Positions 48,148-61,982 of a DNA stretch of 64,000 nt are shown in pieces; within the stretch, counting starts at the first letter, position 1; each line of letters starts with the position of its first letter. Source of the DNA: Macrostomum lignano (taxonomy: Eukaryota); assembly GCA_002269645.1 (NCBI GenBank), contig NIVC01001410.1, positions 186,001 through 250,000 on the forward strand. Reading direction: 5' to 3'. The notes under the pieces are model-generated. The model ran no database searches. It saw only the letters and a list, made by a program, of their open reading frames with translations, and was not told the DNA's origin. The position numbers were made by a program, and so were the translations under genes.

Positions 48148-50045
48148 ATGGATTTGGCCAGCAGGCGTAAGAGTCAGGCAGTTGCGCCCATGATGGGCCT
48201 CATTGCTGCCAAGCGGATGTCACGCCACTGGGCGTCCCGGATAGGAGCCGGCCGGAACAGCTCCGTGATAGCGGCGCCCATAGTCAAGCTGGAGAACAGC
48301 TACCGGTGAGACTGGGGGCTCTGAGTCTCACCTGAGTCTCTCACCTGAGTCTCTCACACTTGAGTCTCTCACCTGAGTCTCTCACACCTGAGTCTCTCAC
48401 CTGAGTCTCTCACACTTGAGTCTCTCACCTGAGTCTCTCACACTTGAGTCTCTCACCTGAGTCTCTCGCACTTGTATCTCTCACATAAGTCTCTCATCTG
48501 AGTGTCTCGCACTTGTATCTCTCACCTGAGTCTCTCACCTGAGTCTCTCACACTTGAGTCTCTCACCTGAGTTTCTCACACTTGAGTCTCTCACCTGAGT
48601 CTCTCGCACTTGTATCTCTCACATAAGTCTCTCACCTGAGTGTCTCGCACTTGTATCTCTCACATGAGTCTCTCACCTGAGTATCTCACACTTGTGTCTC
48701 TCACATGAGTCTCTCACCTGAGTCTCTCACACTTGAGTCTCTCGCACTTGTATCTCTCACATAAGTCTCTCACCTGAGTGTCTCGCACTTGTATCTCTCA
48801 CATGAGTCTCTCACCTGAGTATCTCACACTTGTGTCTCTCACATGAGTCTCTCACCTGAGTCTCTCACACTTGAGTCTCTCACCTGAGTCTCTCACAGTC
48901 GAGTCGCTCACACTTGTGTCTCTCACCTGAGTCTCTCGCACTTGTGTCTCTCACCTGAGTCTCTCGCACTTGTGTCTCTCACCTGAGTCTCTCGCACTTG
49001 TGTCTCTCACCTGAGTCTCTCACACTTGTGTCTCTCACCTGAGTCTCTCGCACTTGTGTCTCTCACCTGAGTCTCTCGCACTTGTGTCTCTCACCTGAGT
49101 CTCTCGCACTTGTGTCTCTCACCTGAGTCTCTCACACTTGTGTCTCTCACCTGAGTCTCTCGCACTTGTGTCTCTCACCTGAGTCTCTCGCACTTGTGTC
49201 TCTCACCTGAGTCTCTCGCACTTGTATGTCTCACATGAGTCTCTCACCTGAGTCTCTCACCTGAGTCTCTCACCTGAGTCTCTCACCCGAGTCTCTCACA
49301 CTTGTATCTCTCACCTGAGTCTCTCACAGCTGAGTCTCTCACCTGAGTCTCTCACCTGAGTCTCTCACCTGAGTCTCTCACCCGAGTCTCTCACACTTGT
49401 ATCTCTCACCTGAGTCTCTCACAGCTGAGTCTCTCACCTGAGTCTCTCACCTGAGTCTCTCACCTGAGTCTCTCACCTGAGTCTCTCACCTGAGTCTCTC
49501 ACCCGAGTCTCTCACACTTGTATCTCTCACCTGAGTCTCTCACAGCTGAGTCTCTCACCTGAGTCTCTCACCTGTGTCACTCTTTCGCACCCTACGTCTC
49601 TTCCATGCATCTCACCCACAACTCATCTGTATCTCTTATCGATATCTCACTTTCGCCTTTTCTATCAATGCACTCCCAATGCAAACATTAAAACACCCCT
49701 CTCAGCTTGGAGCCAAAGGCAAAGTTTGACGTCAAAGCTGCCAGGGACATCGTCCAAGAGCTACTAGCGGAGCACCTGGACGACGCGGCGCCGTACAACC
49801 CGAGGACGGCCGTGATGCTGACCAAAACCCTGACCGACTCCATCAAGAACAGGCTAAAGGGCGACATGTACTTTGACCGCTATCGACTCATTGTCTACGT
49901 GACGATCAGCGAGAAACGCGACCAGTCCATGGTGGTCTCCAGCAGGTGCATCTGGAATGACAGGTTCGACACCTCCGTGACAGCCTCGCACTGCGGCAAG
50001 ACGATGGCCTGCGTTGCCACGGTGTTCGCGGTGTCTCTGGAGTAG
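48148..50045 (+). CDS. Tctex1-domain dynein light chain (TCTEX1D/DYNLT family), join(48148..48305,49706..50045), 165 aa
   Basis: KLENSYR|LEP, RYRLIVYVTISEKRDQSMVVSSRCIWNDRFD and ATVFAVSLE are typical of the Tctex-1 family. Phase-2 GT-AG intron. Confidence 0.9.
48320..49575. repeat. 13/15-bp minisatellite (CACCTGAGTCTCT / CGCACTTGTGTCTCT), Tctex1 intron
   Basis: Direct reading. Confidence 0.94.
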
Positions 50046-51279
50046 CCCCGCTGTGCTGGGCCAAGGCGCTGTACATATCCTACGTATAGTCTTTGTTACA
50101 ACGACGTATTTTTTACCCATTGATATTGACTGCTCGACAGAGTCGAAAGTTGTTATTAAATTTCTAATACATTTTCTTCGTAAGATAAGGCATATTCTTG
50201 GAAGCTCTCTGCTTTTGGGAATTTATTCGAAGTTAGACCTTTCGGCCTTCAAAAATTTTGGATAGCCAATGAGGCCAGAAAGAATTGACTTACCTTATCT
50301 TCTTTCAGCAGCAACTGCAGTAACCGACAAACACTTTATTGGTAAGAGTTTCCTAGCTCTCTCCTCTCTGCCCCTCTTCTCTTTTCCCCTCTCTCTTCCC
50401 CTCTCCTCCCCTTCTCCTCCCTTCCCCTCTCCTCTCTTCCCCTCACACACCTCAGCTACCTTCCAGCCTTAGAGACACGCACATCTATAGTGCGTATTGA
50501 ACTCTCTCTCTGGCTTTGGCCCGACTGACTCTTTTAGTCCGTTTGGCCACTCGCGAGCCATCCAGCCTGCAAGCCATGCCTCATAGCTGCCCTGCCCTCC
50601 TTGTTTCCGTTCCGCCATGCGGCCATTCGCTCTCTGCCTTGGGCGCACCTGCTCCCCCTTCATCCATCTCTATTTTCCCCACAACCTTTCATTCCATAAA
50701 GTGTTTACTCTGAAGCCCCCAGACTGCCGTCCCCCTGCATGTGGCTGCCCTGCAATCTGCTGTCCTGCGCTTGTCATTATCAGTGCCACTGGACCTAATC
50801 AGGGCTCTTAGCGACAATTCACCTCTTAAGCTCCTCGGGAGCCACCTCAAGCAGCTCTGTGGCAAATTAATGATTTCCCCAATTTGAAGAGATTCAAAAA
50901 AGTTCCTATTTAGCTGCGATTGAATTTCACAGTCAACAGAGAGAAGATACTGAGCGCCATTGCGCTTCATCTGATCGCCAGCTTCCTTGGCGGATGGCTC
51001 CTCGGTGTCATTTTTGTCAACTCAATTTGCCACCAGGACACGGAAAGAAGAGAGAGAGAGAGAGAGGAGGAATGGGCGCGGACCTGATCAAAGAGGCTGC
51101 CGCCGGAAGGGAGTCGAACAGACTTTAATTATTCTAATTGGCCGCTGCCGCTATCTCAGGTGCACACAGGAGTCAGATATACAGCACCAAGGCTTCGGAT
51201 TTGATCAGGATTGCTTCTCGGGAATAAAAGTGCATCTGAGGGAGACACAAGTCAGGAAAAGCGAAGGCAGAGGGTTCTG

Positions 51280-51570
51280 TCCGAGGATCTCTCTGATATT
51301 TCCGAGATCTCTGTTTGTGTCCGAGGACCTCTGATTATGTCCGAGGATCTCTCTGATATGTCCGAGATATCTGTTTGTGTCCGAATCTCTGTTTGTGTCC
51401 GAGGACCTCTGATTATGTCCGAGGATCTCGCTGATAGTGTCTGAGGATCTCCTGATTGTGTCCGAGTTCTCTGATTGTGTCCGAGTTCTCTGATTGTGTC
51501 CGAGTTCTCTGATTGTGTCCGAGTTCTCTGATTGTGTCCGAGAACCTCTCTGATTGTGTCCGAGGATCTT
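51280..51570. repeat. Degenerate repeat cluster (CTCTGATTGTGTCCGAGTT 19-mer and related GAGGATCTCT units)
   Basis: Direct reading. Confidence 0.8.
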
Positions 51571-51979
51571 TGTTTGTTTGATTATTTCTCTCGGATTTCT
51601 TCCGATAATCTTTTTGATTTTGTCCAAGGAAAGCAAATCAACACGCAGTGCAAATACACAAGAAATGCCGTTTTCCTTGACCCCTAGTAACTTCCCACCT
51701 TGTGCAAATACTTTTTCAACAAAAAACTGACGGTAAAAGGCACAATTAATGGGAATTCCGTCAGCCGAAAAAAAACATATTGCTCAACCCTTGGCTGATT
51801 CCTGCCCAGTGCCACCTGCATTGAAATTGCCTATTCTGATGGGAGAAGCTGAGATTGGCGATGCGTGAATGAAAAATTGAGCGCCAACTCTTGGATAGCG
51901 GCGTCGTGGATTTGGGACAGCAAGACGACAGACGGGTAAACACCAGGACAGAGAGAAAGTCACGAAGATAGGCAGACGG

Positions 51980-52472
<493 letters not shown>

Positions 52473-52477
52473 TACCG

Positions 52478-55400
52478 CTGTCTGTGTGTTTAGCGGGACC
52501 AGAGTTTTGTTAATGCATTAGGTGGACCACCTAGTTTCCTTATAAAACCGGTGTCTTTTGTCTCTACACGAAAAGTTAGCGTGGGTTGTCTTTCAGTTTA
52601 GCCTGCAGATTAGCCATCTCGTGGAAACTGCATGTCACTTTCAACTGGGATAGCTGGACCAGCCCGGACCTGTTTTAGGTGGACCTTCAAAAAGACACCG
52701 TTTAGGTGGACCATCATTTATTTAGCAGAGTACTGGGATTATTATCGACCCAGTACTGTTAAGCACGAGAAACAACACTTAAAGTCACGTGACAGAAGTC
52801 CCAAATACAAAATATGTAATAAAGTGAAAATAATGCATTCAGTTCTACTTTGCGCCGGACTCAAGAACCGATCATCCCCATTGAAAACAAATGAATCAAA
52901 TGCAACTAATTTTTAGACCGAGAAAAATAGTTACAAGTGCAAATTAACGGCCAAGCAAAAGTTTAAATAGCAAAAAGTCATATTTGTTTTTCACTAGAAT
53001 AATGATAAACATAAAGAAACACACTTAACGTCCCAAATATGTGCCAAAAGGCAAGTAGATTGACGACGATATAATTAATAAATACATTTGCCTAATAAAT
53101 TTCACGTATTACAATAGAACAACTTTCCACTCAATTTTTGAAAAATGAAAAAAGTTTTAACGGACGGACAAGACATGTTACGACGGATAGCGGAATCATC
53201 TCACAGAAAGCCACAAGCTGTCGCAGTCAATATCATCATAAACAAACTTTTGCGGTTGAGCACAAAAAATCGTCTTCATTTTGCCGGAGTTGCTTGCGTC
53301 ACTCGTCTGCATCAAAGCTGACTTGCCGTCTCCAGACTGGGCCTGTCAAATTTGGCATTTATACGAGAATTAAGGATTGACAGTTTACAACTGATATTCT
53401 ACTGAGACTTTGAAACAGACTGGCATATTGGTGTCAGTACAGTCTGTAGGTTAGCTGGACCTTCAACAGACTTAGCTCTTCAACAGACTGGCTCTGTGGC
53501 GTCAGTACAGTCTGTAGGTTAGCTGGACCAGTTCAATTAGAATAGGATAAGCCAAATCTGAACACTTTTGCAGCAAGCTCACCACAGTAGATTCAATCTC
53601 GTCCTATGACTGAACTGCGATGAGGCAACACGTCTGTACACCGGACTACCAGCGTCTCAGGTGCCTCAGCCGACTTCTTACAAGTGTCCAGACGTGAGGT
53701 GTCAGCCTATAGTCGACTTAAAGGCTCCTGGCCTTTAAAGTCTTGGTCGATATCTTGCTGGAGTTGCTTGCGTCACTCGTCTGCATCAAAGCTGACTTGC
53801 CGTCTCCAGACTGGGCCTGTCAAATTTGGCATTTATATGAGAATTCAGGATTGACAGTTTACAACTGATATTCTACTGAGACTTTGAAACAGACTGGCAT
53901 ATTGGTGTCAGTACAGTCTGTAGGTTAGCTGGACCACCTGGACTTGAATTCCACCTCCTATTGGTGAGGCTCTAAAACAGACTGGATCAGTTGCGTCAGT
54001 GCAGTCTGTAGGTTAGCTGGACCTCCTGGACTTGAATTCCACCTCCTATTGGTGAGGCTCTAAAACAGACTGGCTCAGTTGCGTCAGTGCAGTCTGTAGG
54101 TTAGCTGGACCACCTGGACTTGAATTCCACCTCCTATTGGTGAGGCTCTAAAACAGACTGGCTCAGTTGCGTCAGTGCAGTCTGTAGGTTAGCTGGACCT
54201 CCTAAACTTGAATTCCACCTCCCATCTGTGAGGCTCTTAAACAGACTGGATCAGTTGCGTCAGTACAGTCTGTAGGTTAGCTGGACCTCCTGGACTTGAA
54301 TTCCACCTCCTATTGGTGAGGCTCTTCAACAGACTGGATCAGTTGCGTCAGTGCAGTCTGTAGGTTAGCTGGACCTCCTGGACTTGAATTCCACCTCCTA
54401 TTGGTGAGGCTCTTCAACAGACTGGATCAGTTGCGTCAGTACAGTCTGTAGGTTAGCTGGACCTCCTGGACTTGAATTCCACCTCCTATTGGTGAGGCTC
54501 TAAAACAGACTGGATCAGTTGCGTCAGTGCAGTCTGTAGGTTAGCTGGACCTCCTGGACTTGAATTCCACCTCCTATTGGTGAGGCTCTTCAACAGACTG
54601 GATCAGTTGCGTCAGTGCAGTCTGTAGGTTAGCTGGACCTCCTGGACTTGAATTCCACCTCCTATTGGTGAGGCTCTTCAACAGACTGGATCAGTTGCGT
54701 CAGTGCAGTCTGTAGGTTAGCTGGACCTCCTGGACTTGAATTCCACCTCCTATTGGTGAGGCTCTTCAACAGACTGGATCAGTTGCGTCAGTACAGTCTG
54801 TAGGTTAGCTGGACCTCCTGGACTTGAATTCCACCTCCTATTGGTGAGGCTCTAAAACAGACTGGCTCAGTTGCGTCAGTGCAGTCTGTAGGTTAGCTGG
54901 ACCTCCTGGACTTGAATTCCACCTCCTATTGGTGAGGCTCTTCAACAGACTGGATCAGTTGCGTCAGTGCAGTCTGTAGGTTAGCTGGACCTCCTGGACT
55001 TGAATTCCACCTCCTATTGGTGAGGCTCTAAAACAGACTGGATCAGTTGCGTCAGTGCAGTCTGTAGGTTAGATGGACCACCTAAACTTGAATTCCACCT
55101 CCCATCTGTAAGGCTCTTAAACAGACTGGCTCAGTTGCGTCAGTGCAGTCTGTAGGTTAGCTGGACCTCCTGGACTTGAATTCCACCTCCTATTGGTGAG
55201 GCTCTAAAACAGACTGGATCAGTTGCGTCAGTGCAGTCTGTAGGTTAGCTGGACCTCCTGGACTTGAATTCCACCTCCTATTGGTGAGGCTCTAAAACAG
55301 ACTGGATCAGTTGCGTCAGTGCAGTCTGTAGGTTAGATGGACCACCTAAACTTGAATTCCACCTCCCATCTGTAAGGCTCTTAAACAGACTGGCTCAGTT

Positions 55401-58029
55401 GCGTCAGTGCAGTCTGTAGGTTAGATGGACCACCTAAACTTGAATTCCACCTCCCATCTGTGAGGCTCTTAAACAGACTGGCTCAGTTGCGTCAGTGCAG
55501 TCTGTAGGTTAGCTGGACCTCCTGGACTTGAATTCCACCTCCTATTGGTGAGGCTCTTCAACAGACTGGATCAGTTGCGTCAGTGCAGTCTGTAGGTTAG
55601 CTGGACCTCCTGGACTTGAATTCCACCTCCTATTGGTGAGGCTCTTCAACAGACTGGATCAGTTGCGTCAGTGCAGTCTGTAGGTTAGCTGGACCTCCTG
55701 GACTTGAATTCCACCTCCTATTGGTGAGGCTCTTCAACAGACTGGATCAGTTGCGTCAGTACAGTCTGTAGGTTAGCTGGACCTCCTGGACTTGAATTCC
55801 ACCTCCTATTGGTGAGGCTCTAAAACAGACTGGCTCAGTTGCGTCAGTGCAGTCTGTAGGTTAGCTGGACCTCCTGGACTTGAATTCCACCTCCTATTGG
55901 TGAGGCTCTTCAACAGACTGGATCAGTTGCGTCAGTGCAGTCTGTAGGTTAGCTGGACCTCCTGGACTTGAATTCCACCTCCTATTGGTGAGGCTCTAAA
56001 ACAGACTGGATCAGTTGCGTCAGTGCAGTCTGTAGGTTAGATGGACCACCTAAACTTGAATTCCACCTCCCATCTGTAAGGCTCTTAAACAGACTGGCTC
56101 AGTTGCGTCAGTGCAGTCTGTAGGTTAGCTGGACCTCCTGGACTTGAATTCCACCTCCTATTGGTGAGGCTCTAAAACAGACTGGATCAGTTGCGTCAGT
56201 GCAGTCTGTAGGTTAGCTGGACCTCCTGGACTTGAATTCCACCTCCTATTGGTGAGGCTCTAAAACAGACTGGATCAGTTGCGTCAGTGCAGTCTGTAGG
56301 TTAGATGGACCACCTAAACTTGAATTCCACCTCCCATCTGTAAGGCTCTTAAACAGACTGGCTCAGTTGCGTCAGTGCAGTCTGTAGGTTAGATGGACCA
56401 CCTAAACTTGAATTCCACCTCCCATCTGTGAGGCTCTTAAACAGACTGGCTCAGTTGCGTCAGTACAGTCTGTAGGTTAGCTGGACCAGCTTAAGTTGTA
56501 TGTGCACCGATTTGCTTACCTGGTAGATTTTGCTTTTTGGTCTGGCAGGAAAACATATTTCTGAAATTTTGATTGAGTAGGTTCTTATTGAGGCTCTTTA
56601 CTAAAGTTAATCATTTTTTCATCCTAAATAACACTTCGTTTTGGTACTTACTGCAATTTCAATGCAATTTTTCAAAAACGTCGTCGAAAACATTTTTCAC
56701 TGGCTCCCAAGTATTGTTAGATCTAAAAGTCGTGTGTTGTTTTATTAGCTACGTAGTAATCCAAAGGCTTGGTTTTACTAGAGAATTAGAACGCGAGGAA
56801 GTCAATCTTTTAAATTGAATCTTTTCATTTTATGCTTACCTTAGGTATCCAGTCCACTTGATGTAACATCTGTTACTGTTGCACCTCTCCGGGACTCTGT
56901 GTTATTGGGATATCTCCTGCGAGACATTCGTGTCTTCTCGTGTATTGACTATTGACAGTTCAGTTGAATGTTTCAGTCTATCCGAGAAATTAGGTGGTCC
57001 ATGTAAGCCTGTTTTAGCTAGACCAAAGGTTTTCACTTTTATAGCTCTGCCCCTCTCTGACTCGTTTAGTCGACGGACTGTCTGTCCCTTGGACTGTTCC
57101 TATTGGCTGGCATTCTCAGTAAGGGTGGTCCGATTTTTACCAACCTCTCCGAAATCAGTCCTTAACCAATGCAGCTCTAGTCTGTGTGAATGTGCTGTGC
57201 GCTTCGAGTTTCGTTTACATGGACCTCAACAGACGATTTGATGTGCGTGCAACTGTGTTTAGTGGGACCCAGGGTAAACTAAAATGAAAAATATCAGACC
57301 TTCGCTTTGAGCTTGGTTTGGTGCTTCCCCACCCCTAAACAGGGATCTGAGAGCAGAACCCTCTTCTCAAGGCCGAAACTCTCCACCAGGATTATTTCTT
57401 ATTGTGGTTCGACACTTTTATAAATATCAAATATCAAAAGGAATCTAAAAGAAGGAAAGTCGATAGGCCTATAGGATACAATATCCATTTAAACTACTAT
57501 CAGCAGCTAACGTGATAAAGGAACCGTCATTCGAATATTTTTCGGGCACAAAACCGTGGGAAGGCTTTGAAGAAAGCTCAACAAAGCCGTGTGTGCCTAA
57601 TTTAAGATCACGGAAATTAAATATATTACTTTTTTGGCGTAAAAGATGTTGTAAAAAGGTAAATTGCCAACAGACTGAAACAGACTGAAACAGACTGAAA
57701 CAGACTGAAACAGACTGCAACAGACAAATTCAGAAATTTTCATTGACAATTTTTGTTTAGCTGGACCTTTCAGACCCGGTTTAGGTGGACATCGCAAAAA
57801 GTCCATGTAAACTGAAATGCATTTTTTCTGAACATGAATGCCGATGAATGTTGCGCTTTGCGGCACTCATTCCTGACATCCATTGCTCTGTTTTGTCGTC
57901 CTTATAAACCACTCAACGTTGTCTGGAGCAAAAATATTCGGTGGTCCACCTACGCTGTCCACCTAAACCGAAAGGTCCAGCTAATGCGGCAACTGAACCG
58001 ACGAAAGGTCCAAGTAAACACACAGACAG
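52478..58029. mobile_element. Putative non-autonomous DNA element, 5.55 kb, with 15-bp terminal inverted repeats, inverted subterminal GCTGGACC/TTAGGTGGAC motifs and an internal 88-bp satellite
   Basis: CTGTCTGTGTGTTTA (52478-52492) is the reverse complement of TAAACACACAGACAG (58015-58029), and both are followed inward by GGACC. No transposase ORF seen. The TIR is low-complexity, so confidence is moderate. Confidence 0.5.
53895..56490. repeat. 88-89-bp satellite, about 29 copies (ACAGACTGGATCAGTTGCGTCAGTGCAGTCTGTAGGTTAGCTGGACCTCCTGGACTTGAATTCCACCTCCTATTGGTGAGGCTCTAAA)
   Basis: Unit starts at 53977 and 54065 are 88 bp apart; two sub-variants. Confidence 0.96.
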
Positions 58030-58033
58030 TAAC

Positions 58034-58360
<327 letters not shown>

Positions 58361-58859
58361 CAGGTAGGCTGTTTCCCATCTCCAGCCCAAGTCAGTGTCA
58401 GAGATCAAAGCCAGTCTGAGTTCCCCAGAGCATGTCCTGTTGTCTTTGTCCTCAGTAAACCCGCGTTCAAATAATCCGGTTGGTCTCCCGCCTCAAAGCC
58501 GGTTGCTGTCGGCTTTTTAAAACAAATCTCTTTTTAGAAGGTGGGGCAAACTGGACACGGCATGGTGGCGTCGGGTTTCGGCGCTGACTTCCTCATGATG
58601 ATGGGCTGGCCAGTACAAGATGCGCAGCTGGAGAGGGAAGCTGGAAACTAATTAGCAAAGTCAAGATGATGGCGTTTTAATCATTTTTTCACAATCCTCT
58701 CTCTCTCCCTCACGAATAAAATATACTTGGTTCGCCTAGGTAACAAAACTCGGGGATTAGAGAGGCAGGACTTTCGATTTCATCTCCATCATAACGTCGC
58801 TCAAGTACTTTTATTTGTTTATAAACTTTTGAGAAGCTTTTGAGTTTATATACTGTCAG

Positions 58860-58990
58860 TCTCGCCTCAGTGGCAGCATAAACTTCATAAACACTCAGCT
58901 CTCACCTCAGTGGCAGAATAAACTTCATAAACACTCAGCTCTCACCTCAGTGGCAACATAAACTTCATAAACACTCAGCTCTCACCTCAG
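58860..58990. repeat. 40-bp tandem repeat, about 3.3 copies (CACCTCAGTGGCAGAATAAACTTCATAAACACTCAGCTCT)
   Basis: Direct reading. Confidence 0.88.
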
Positions 58991-59954
58991 CGGCCCAGAT
59001 TCAACAAAACAGCTCACTAGCTCATCGCACAGCTAGCTGTCAGCCAGAGCTTATCTGTCAATCATTCACTTGGCTTACCCAGCAAGCCATTCGGTCACCC
59101 AGCCGAGCACAACAAACAAAGCCATCGCTCATTCTGAGGTAATTACCCCGGTGCCGACAGGGCCGCCGACTGACTGACTGATGACAGAGCTTGCGAGATT
59201 ATAATAAGGCAAAGACGGCCTGGCCTGCACAGATAAAAAGTTATGGCCTATTTTTGCTACAAACCCCCTGGGCACGGGGGGCACTGGGAACAAAATAAGA
59301 AGGGCCGAGGCACACAAAAAGAACAAAAAAGGCGCAATCCCGACCTGGAACAGAATCCCGATACAGTTCACTGTCTGTAGACGCGGAAACTGCCTGAGCT
59401 CTGAGCTCTCGAGTATCTGAGGGGACTCTGGCCTACTCGCACTCTGCAATGCAGTCTGCTGCCTTTGGGCCGCTCAGATTTCGCTGCTGGCTTGGCATAA
59501 TTGAACTCAATGACCAGATGGGAACTCTAATAAATCAATGCTGACCAGGGGGGCGCCGCCTTTCACTTGGGCGCTGGTCGATACAAGCGCTGCACCGGCT
59601 TGGCTCGGAATGCCCGTCAAATGTCCCGAACTGTCCCGAATCGCCTCCGTGCAGGTTATCGCTGTTGGTCTCGGCTTTCGCTTCTTCTAGTAAGCCAGCA
59701 GATTTGTGTCCGTTTTCTGGGAGAAACACTGCACACTCTGCTGAGGGTCCTATTGATCTGTCTCTGGTGTGTGAAACTGGAGACAGGAACGAACGGGGAT
59801 AGGGCTAAGATGCTGATAAAAAATCAAATTGATTTTGTCAATCTGGAGTTCCTTGTTGACGGATGCAAAGAAAATCTGCTTCGCCACCTTCTGCTTTTGT
59901 GTGGCAGATTTTAATTAACTGAAACTGCAACTTAAACTGCAACTGCAACTGCAG

Positions 59955-60200
59955 ACAGAGAGAAGAGGAGAGAAGAGGAGAGGAGAGGAGAGGAGAGGAG
60001 AGGAAAGGAGAGGAGAGGAGAGAGTAGAGAGGAGAGGAGAGGAGAGGAGAGAGTAGAGAGGAGAGGAGAGGAGAGGAGAGGAGAGGAGAGGAGAGGAGAG
60101 GAGAGAGTAGAGAGGAGAGGAGAGGAGAGGAGAGAGTAGAGAGGAGAGGAGAGGAGAGGAGAGGAGAGAGAGTAGAGAAAAAAGAAGAGAAGAAGAGGGT
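59955..60200. repeat. Polypurine (GGAGA)n-type tract
   Basis: Direct reading. Confidence 0.93.
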
Positions 60201-60789
60201 GAGACGATAGTTGAGGGATGAAGCCGTAGCCAGTGGCGATTTCGATGCAGCTGGAAGGACTGCAGTGAAGGTGATTTTGAAATGCAATGCGGCAGCTGAA
60301 AAAGCAGGGAAATAATTGGGAGGTAATACGCTCGTAGATATAGGGATTTCTAATTCCGGCAATCAAGTGCCGCAGGTGCTTGTGGTGCCAACATGTTGCT
60401 CAGAGCTCAAAGCTAACGATGCAGCCACTCCAGCTGCTGCTGAATAATTGAAGCAGAAAATGGCGGTATTTTTGGGGAAAAATTCCGAAAAACTGGAATA
60501 CGAGCTACAATTTTGATGACGAGAGAGCGATCGCTACAACAAAACTGCCTTCGATGCTGACTCTGGGGAGTTGGAGGCTGCATTGGGAGCGAGGGAAACT
60601 CGAAATGCATCGCGAAGAAAATGTGAAATTTGAGCAGAAGATTATATAAGGACAGTCGTAACTGGCTTGACTTGGGACTGCGCTAATGTGCTCTGTTTCT
60701 CCCAGGCTGAGCAATGAGCTTGAGCAAACATGCCGGGATCTGATGCTGGTTAATAAGAGTTCACCATGGCTCAGCAGCTCCGCTAAGAT

Positions 60790-61130
<341 letters not shown>

Positions 61131-61982
61131 GCAGTGTTTGTGCACTGCAGCACACTGAAGTACACAAAGGCCAGCTTTAATTCAGTAAAAGGATGGAGTA
61201 GCCTCTGCTACACTGACTGACTTGTCCCGACAAGACGTTAATGGCCCGCCCCGCTAGCAGAGAATGCTGTTAAAACTGGCCACTCCAGCGCAGTTTGACT
61301 CAATTCATTCGCAGCTCGCGGCGACCCCTCGAGCGCTTTCCGGAGCGCCTTCGGCAGCGGAGCAGGCAAGTGTCAAAAGCCGGATGGAATTCAGAGAAAG
61401 AGGAGAGAGTTTTGTGGGGGGGGACAGAGAGACTGGGTGATGAGTGTGACAACTGAAGGCCGCGGAGGGCCCGACTCACTGACTGGCAGGTCACCCCCCG
61501 CTAAGAAGAGGTGAGGAGAGAGGGGGAGCGGGCGGGACAGACGGACAGGTAGCTGACTGATGAAAATAAAAGAGTTTTGCAAGCCACTGCAGCGACAGCG
61601 GCACAACACGGGAGAAAGCTGAAGGAGGGAGGTGAGGCGGTCCTGAGATATAGAGAGGGGAATATTAGGAGCAGGGAATTAGTGGGATAAAGATGCTGAA
61701 GTACGGGATAAGCCGGGCCAAATGCTGCCTATAGCAGAAGTGATATGCATTGAGGCTGTGCTCAGCCCGTGAAGCACGCGCCGACTCAAACGCAGAGCTG
61801 GCAGCATGAATGAATGAGCGAAATTTGCTCACCGAACTGGGACGGGCTGAGCTCAGGGCTGCGATGCCGGGGCAGAAACTTGAGGACGGGTCCTTGTTGC
61901 AGTCTGCACCTCCCCCTTCTCCTAGTCATCTCCAACTCTCCAACTGCAGTTTTTTTTGCTTTTCCTCCCGTCTTCTCAACAG

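Noticed and set aside
53895-56490. 88-bp satellite as a CRISPR array or a hammerhead-ribozyme satellite
   Set aside because: No unique spacers; the CTGATGA...GAAA hammerhead core is absent on both strands.
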